Source: Oscillospiraceae bacterium
GTDB lineage: Bacteria; Bacillota; Clostridia; Oscillospirales; Oscillospiraceae
Reading direction: 5' to 3'
Assembly (NCBI GenBank): GCA_024691985.1
Contig: JAILNC010000099.1
Location: forward strand, 18,606 to 82,605
DNA: 64,000 nucleotides
Shown here one piece after another: positions 61,164 to 64,000 of this stretch (its first letter is position 1; every line of letters begins with the position of its first letter). The translations under genes and the position numbers were made by a program. The notes under the pieces are model-generated. The model did not search any database. It worked only from the letters and a program-made list of their open reading frames with translations, and had not been told where the DNA came from.

Positions 61164-63353
61164 TCATACGGATTCGCTCTCTTCCTCCAAAGGCTCCGGG
61201 GCGGCCTCGAAGCCCTCGAGGCGCTCCTTTTCCATCGCGATGATGGCGGCGGAAAGACTCGACTCCGCCTTCATGTATTCGCTGCCGGTGGCGGATTCCT
61301 CGGCGTAGAGATCGAACTGCTCCTGCTTTTCGCGCAGCAGCTCCAGGATGCGCTCGTCCACGGTGTTGTCGCTCAAAAGCCGGTGCACCATGACGTTGCG
61401 GATCTGTCCCATGCGGTAGGCGCGGGAGACGGCCTGGTTCTCGATGGAAGGCTTGATCTGCGGCTCGCAGAAGATGATGACGCTGGCGGCCTGGATGTTC
61501 AGGCCCGTTCCGCCCGCCTGCACCTGGCAGATCAGCACCGCGCCGTCGTCCGCCGCCGTGAACTCGTCCACGATCTGCTGGCGGCGCAGGGCGGACACCG
61601 AGCCCGTGATGGGCTCCATCGCTTTGTCGCCGAGCAGCTTTTTCACCTTGTCGATGGTCTGGCGGAAGAAGGAAAAGACGATGACCTTGCGCCCGTCCTC
61701 CTCCGCCTCCCGGCACAGCTCCAGAAGGCGCTTTGCCTTCGAGGACTTGCGGACGTCCGGGACATCCCAGGAGACCTGGCGCATGGCCATGAAGTTCTCC
61801 TGCGCGACCGAGAGCATGTAGTGCGTCCACTCCTCGGCCGTCATCTCGACCCACTGCTCCTTCTCGATCAGGGCGGGCAGCTCGGACAGGACGTTCTCGC
61901 GCGTGCGGCGCAGATACACCGGGGCAAGCTTTTCGCGAAACTGCGGGGCGGCGGATATGTATTTCATCTGGCGGATCTCTCCGGCAATGTCCGGACGCAG
62001 GCAGCTGATAATGAAGCACATCTCGTCCACGCGGTTTTCCAGCGGGGTGCCCGTCATAAACAGCGTGCGCTGGGCCTTGCGGCTGAACAACAGCAGCGAC
62101 TGGGTGCGCCGTGCGGCGGGGTTTTTGACATAGTGCGCCTCGTCGGCGATCAGCATGGAGAACTGAAAGTCCTGCGGCAGTGCAAAGCGGCTGATGGATT
62201 CGTAGGTCGTGACCGCGACGCCGCCGTTTTCCTGCCAGCTCCGGGAAGCCGCGAAGTCCCCGCCCTTGATGAGCGTGACCGGCAGATCGCTGAACTGCTT
62301 GATCTCGCGCGCCCAGTTTACCAGCACGCTCGCCGGGCAGACCACCATGAAATGCGTGGCCCCGAGCGTCTTGAGCGAGACCATGGCCGCGATGGCCTGC
62401 ACGGTCTTGCCGAGTCCCATCTCGTCGCCGAGCAGGACGTTCCCCTGCCGCAGGATGTAGCGCACGCCGAACTCCTGATAGCCGCGCAGCGTGGCCTTGA
62501 GCTCATCCACATAGATGGGCTGCTGCTCCACCAAACGGATCAGATCCTCCGGCAGGCCGCTGTAGCTGTTGTCGATGGCGGCGCCGAGCTCGCGGTCGAG
62601 CTTGTCGAGCTGGGCATAGTAGGCGGCGCTGTTCTGTTCGAAATCCGCCCACAGCGTCTCGATATCCGGTATCTCCAGCGCATCGAATTCCTTCAGCAGT
62701 GCGTCGACGCGCTCGCCGTATTCCCCGGTCAGCAGCGAGTACAGATAGAGCGCGGCGTCCGCCGCCTCCTTCTTTTTCTCTCTGGACGCAAACACCCAGC
62801 GCAGAGAGCCGGAGGCCGGACGCGCCTTCTGATACGCCTCCTTCAGCGTGTCGTGATAGGAATCGTAAAGGCTCTGCGCCTTGTGCACGCAGGGGCCGCT
62901 GCGCATGGAGCTGCCCAGAGCGTGCAGGAGCCTGCCCGCTTCCTCGCTCCGGTCGTCGAGGGAGAGGCGCACCTTGAGATCTGTGCGCACCTCCTGCCGT
63001 ATACGGCCTGCGACCGTGAAGATCAGATACGCGGCCTCGTCCCCGATGCCCTTGACGGCGTTGATCTGATCGACCGACAGCCTGCACAGCTTCTCCATAT
63101 CCGTGATGCCGGCGGCGCGCAGCGCCGCGACCCGGATGCCGAGTCTGTCGCGGTTGATGGTCTCGACGTCCATGCCGCTGAGGATCTGCTCGGTCTCCCG
63201 CTCACTCAGGGCGCGGATCGCCTGCTGGGCGCTGTCGCGGTCGGCCTGGCCGAGGGCGGCGATCTTCGCGACGGCCTCGTCATAGTCGGCGATCAGCGAG
63301 AGGATATCCCGCACCTGTTTTCTGTCCTGCAGGTTCAATGTATTCTGGGCCAT
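61164..63353 (-). CDS. SNF2-family (Swi2/Snf2, RapA/HepA-like) helicase with N-terminal HhH-like region
   Basis: LRGYQEFGVRYILRQGNVLLGDEMGLGKTVQAIA (motif I), DEAHYVKN (motif II) and a C-terminal helicase domain …GGTGLNIQAASVIIFCEPQ…QAVSRAYRMGQ…. Confidence 0.85.
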   Translation of the reverse strand: MAQNTLNLQDRKQVRDILSLIADYDEAVAKIAALGQADRDSAQQAIRALSERETEQILSGMDVETINRDRLGIRVAALRAAGITDMEKLCRLSVDQINAVKGIGDEAAYLIFTVAGRIRQEVRTDLKVRLSLDDRSEEAGRLLHALGSSMRSGPCVHKAQSLYDSYHDTLKEAYQKARPASGSLRWVFASREKKKEAADAALYLYSLLTGEYGERVDALLKEFDALEIPDIETLWADFEQNSAAYYAQLDKLDRELGAAIDNSYSGLPEDLIRLVEQQPIYVDELKATLRGYQEFGVRYILRQGNVLLGDEMGLGKTVQAIAAMVSLKTLGATHFMVVCPASVLVNWAREIKQFSDLPVTLIKGGDFAASRSWQENGGVAVTTYESISRFALPQDFQFSMLIADEAHYVKNPAARRTQSLLLFSRKAQRTLFMTGTPLENRVDEMCFIISCLRPDIAGEIRQMKYISAAPQFREKLAPVYLRRTRENVLSELPALIEKEQWVEMTAEEWTHYMLSVAQENFMAMRQVSWDVPDVRKSSKAKRLLELCREAEEDGRKVIVFSFFRQTIDKVKKLLGDKAMEPITGSVSALRRQQIVDEFTAADDGAVLICQVQAGGTGLNIQAASVIIFCEPQIKPSIENQAVSRAYRMGQIRNVMVHRLLSDNTVDERILELLREKQEQFDLYAEESATGSEYMKAESSLSAAIIAMEKERLEGFEAAPEPLEEESESV

Positions 63354-63373
63354 AAAAATCTCCCCGAAAAAGA

Positions 63374-63394
63374 GGGGCTGCTCCGCACAGCCCC
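63374..63394 (-). terminator. Terminator of the ACT-domain gene, immediately upstream of the SNF2 RBS
   Basis: The minus strand reads GGGGCTG-tgcggag-CAGCCCC followed by TCTTTTTC. Confidence 0.55.
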
Positions 63395-63400
63395 CGCCTT

Positions 63401-63838
63401 TTATTCCACCGCGAGCAGGCGAAGCTGCTCGACCCCCGCGGTCTTGCTCAGCTCCTCGACAAGCTCGGACATGTTGATGGTCATCTCGCTGATATCCAGC
63501 GAGATGGTCACGCTGGCCTTGTCGTGGATCGGCAGACTCTGCGTGATGGTCAGGACGCTGGCATGCGCCTGCGAGATCTTGACCAGCAGCGCGCTCAGCA
63601 CGCCCGGCTCATGCTGCAGCATCATGGAGAGGACGGCCTTCCTGCCGCCGGAGATGTCCGTGGGCTCGAGGATATAGTCCTTGTATTTGTAATACGTGCT
63701 GCGGGAAATGCCGACCCGGCGCACCGCCTGACTGACGTCCTTCAGCTTTCCGTCCTCCAGCAGACGCCTCGCCTCGAGCACCTTTTCATAGTACTCGGGC
63801 AGGATGCTCTTGTGGATGATCAGATACTGATCCAGCAT
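63401..63838 (-). CDS. UPF0735 ACT-domain protein (PheB/YszB-like)
   Basis: MLDQYLIIHKSILPEYYEKVLEARRLLEDGKLKDVSQAVRRVGISRSTYYKYKDYI… has an N-terminal HTH-like region and a C-terminal ACT domain. Confidence 0.8.
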   Translation of the reverse strand: MLDQYLIIHKSILPEYYEKVLEARRLLEDGKLKDVSQAVRRVGISRSTYYKYKDYILEPTDISGGRKAVLSMMLQHEPGVLSALLVKISQAHASVLTITQSLPIHDKASVTISLDISEMTINMSELVEELSKTAGVEQLRLLAVE

Positions 63839-64000
63839 GCCGATCCCTCCCTTTCTGTTTCGTCTGTATCATACCCTGTTCGCCGGGAAAAGACAAGTGT
63901 CTTTTTCTGTTTGCGTCTGTCGGATCGCGCGAGCTGCCTGTAAAATCGTCTTGAAATTGCATAATGCCTATGATAAAATTGAAAAAAGCTGTGTGCTTTT

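Noticed and set aside
61164-63353. SNF2-family helicase as part of a defence system (DISARM, Zorya or BREX-like)
   Set aside because: No methyltransferase, nuclease, PLD, DUF1998, ZorA/B-like or other partner genes are adjacent. The neighbours are an ACT-domain protein and an ArsC-family protein, so this looks like a stand-alone RapA/HepA-like enzyme.

Overview
GC-rich (by eye, not computed) chromosomal core region of a spore-forming Clostridia-type Firmicute; an Oscillospiraceae/Ruminococcaceae-like origin is inference only. About 55 protein genes are packed tightly, almost all on the minus strand, and many are translationally coupled through ATGA/GTGA stop-start overlaps. There is one tRNA-Arg(CCT) and one RNase P RNA. 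I saw no rRNA, CRISPR array, transposase, integrase, prophage genes or recognisable defence system.

The block 35.2-49.7 kb is cdaA-cdaR-rseC-like-yicC-remA-gmk-rpoZ-priA-def-fmt-rsmB-rlmN-prpC-prkC-rsgA-(small ORF)-spoVM. From yicC to spoVM this mirrors the Bacillus subtilis yloC...spoVM neighbourhood. Other housekeeping genes:
- rnj, recR, rpe, ligA, murD
- yebC, ispDF, mreB, comF, recD2, uvrA

Sporulation genes are yunB, cotJ, spoVM and a DUF3794-LysM protein.

I found no clear multi-gene novel system. The observations most worth a second look are:
1. cotJC is interrupted by an in-frame 2 x 45-bp AT-rich tandem insertion carrying two TGA codons.
2. A two-hairpin intergenic module recurs with fully compensatory stem changes. 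Clear copies are at 3.45 kb and 59.56 kb, with a degenerate copy at 34.97 kb.
3. A 159-bp MITE-like palindromic element with terminal inverted repeats and a possible 5-bp target duplication supplies the last codons of uvrA.
4. A Ser/Thr kinase is fused to an extracellular TAXI-type solute-binding domain.
5. An 86-aa protein carries a double-glycine leader-like N-terminus, a CW_7 (Cpl-7) repeat and a proline-rich tail.
6. A 2-hydroxyacyl-CoA-dehydratase-family pair has no activator ATPase nearby and is followed by a 56-aa membrane peptide.
7. An AAA_5/vWA pair is cut by the left edge of the window.
8. The cdaA-cdaR operon is coupled to an RseC-family gene instead of glmM.

The many very long ORFs antisense to annotated genes are GC-driven shadow ORFs and were rejected.
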